A stretch of DNA of 14,459 nucleotides. It comes from an uncultured archaeon (lineage in GTDB: Archaea; Asgardarchaeota; Thorarchaeia; Thorarchaeales; Thorarchaeaceae). Within the stretch, counting starts at the first letter, position 1; each line of letters starts with the position of its first letter. A program made the position numbers and the translations under genes. The stretch is taken from the NCBI GenBank assembly GCA_964590575.1, contig CAZPWM010000080.1:1-14459 (forward strand), written 5' to 3'. The notes under the pieces are model-generated. The model did no database searches. It saw nothing but the letters and a program-made list of their open reading frames with translations, and was not told the DNA's origin. Positions 14,253 to 14,459 of this stretch are shown piece after piece.

Positions 14253-14459
14253 GTGAGTGGCTTACAAAGAGCAGTGGTGAAGGTACTCATTCTCGTACCT
14301 CTTGCTGTATTTGCCATTCTCTTCGCAATTGGTCCTGGACGCATTGTATCGTATACTCCAGCCACAAGAGTTGGGGTTCATACGGTACTTACCTTTTGGA
14401 TCTCTATTCCAGCTGCTTTAGGGGTACTAGCCTATCACAGCAGACCTTTGCGTGCAAAT
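14253..14459 (+). CDS. N-terminal part (3'-truncated by the window) of a membrane protein; not in the ORF track
   Basis: AGGAG at 14240-14244, GTG at 14253, open to the window end: MSGLQRAVVKVLILVPLAVFAILFAIGPGRIVSYTPATRVGVHTVLTFWISIPAALGVLAYHSRPLRAN, with two hydrophobic helices. Confidence 0.7.
   Translation, partial: MSGLQRAVVKVLILVPLAVFAILFAIGPGRIVSYTPATRVGVHTVLTFWISIPAALGVLAYHSRPLRAN

Overview
Gene-dense archaeal DNA; the TATA-like promoters, GGAGG/GGTG-type ribosome sites, HdrA genes and single-OB SSB fit an archaeon, and an Asgard (Thorarchaeia-like) origin is my inference only. From left to right: (1) the end of a heterodisulfide-reductase-like cluster, with a partial short HdrA, a 581-aa HdrA and a stand-alone 115-aa winged-helix protein resembling the tail usually fused to MvhD; (2) a cytoplasmic beta-lactamase-family serine hydrolase divergent from an ArsR-like regulator, with tandem TCGA-N5-TCGA palindromes between them; (3) a DUF3303-like protein, a HemL-like class III aminotransferase, a TetR regulator with a palindromic operator and a DUF4406-like protein; (4) a single-OB-fold SSB with a 66-aa GYG/RGG low-complexity tail, a possibly structured leader and a hairpin terminator; (5) a tightly coupled six-gene minus-strand operon with two membrane proteins, a wHTH regulator, two paralogous exported membrane-anchored serine hydrolases and a small ORF; (6) two unannotated 117-aa paralogous membrane proteins ending in [F/Y]TR, each with a copy of the same promoter and its own hairpin terminator; (7) a divergent partial membrane-protein ORF missing from the ORF track. 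The best novelty candidates are region 5-7 and the SSB with its eukaryote-like low-complexity tail. I saw no CRISPR array, tRNA, rRNA or mobile element.
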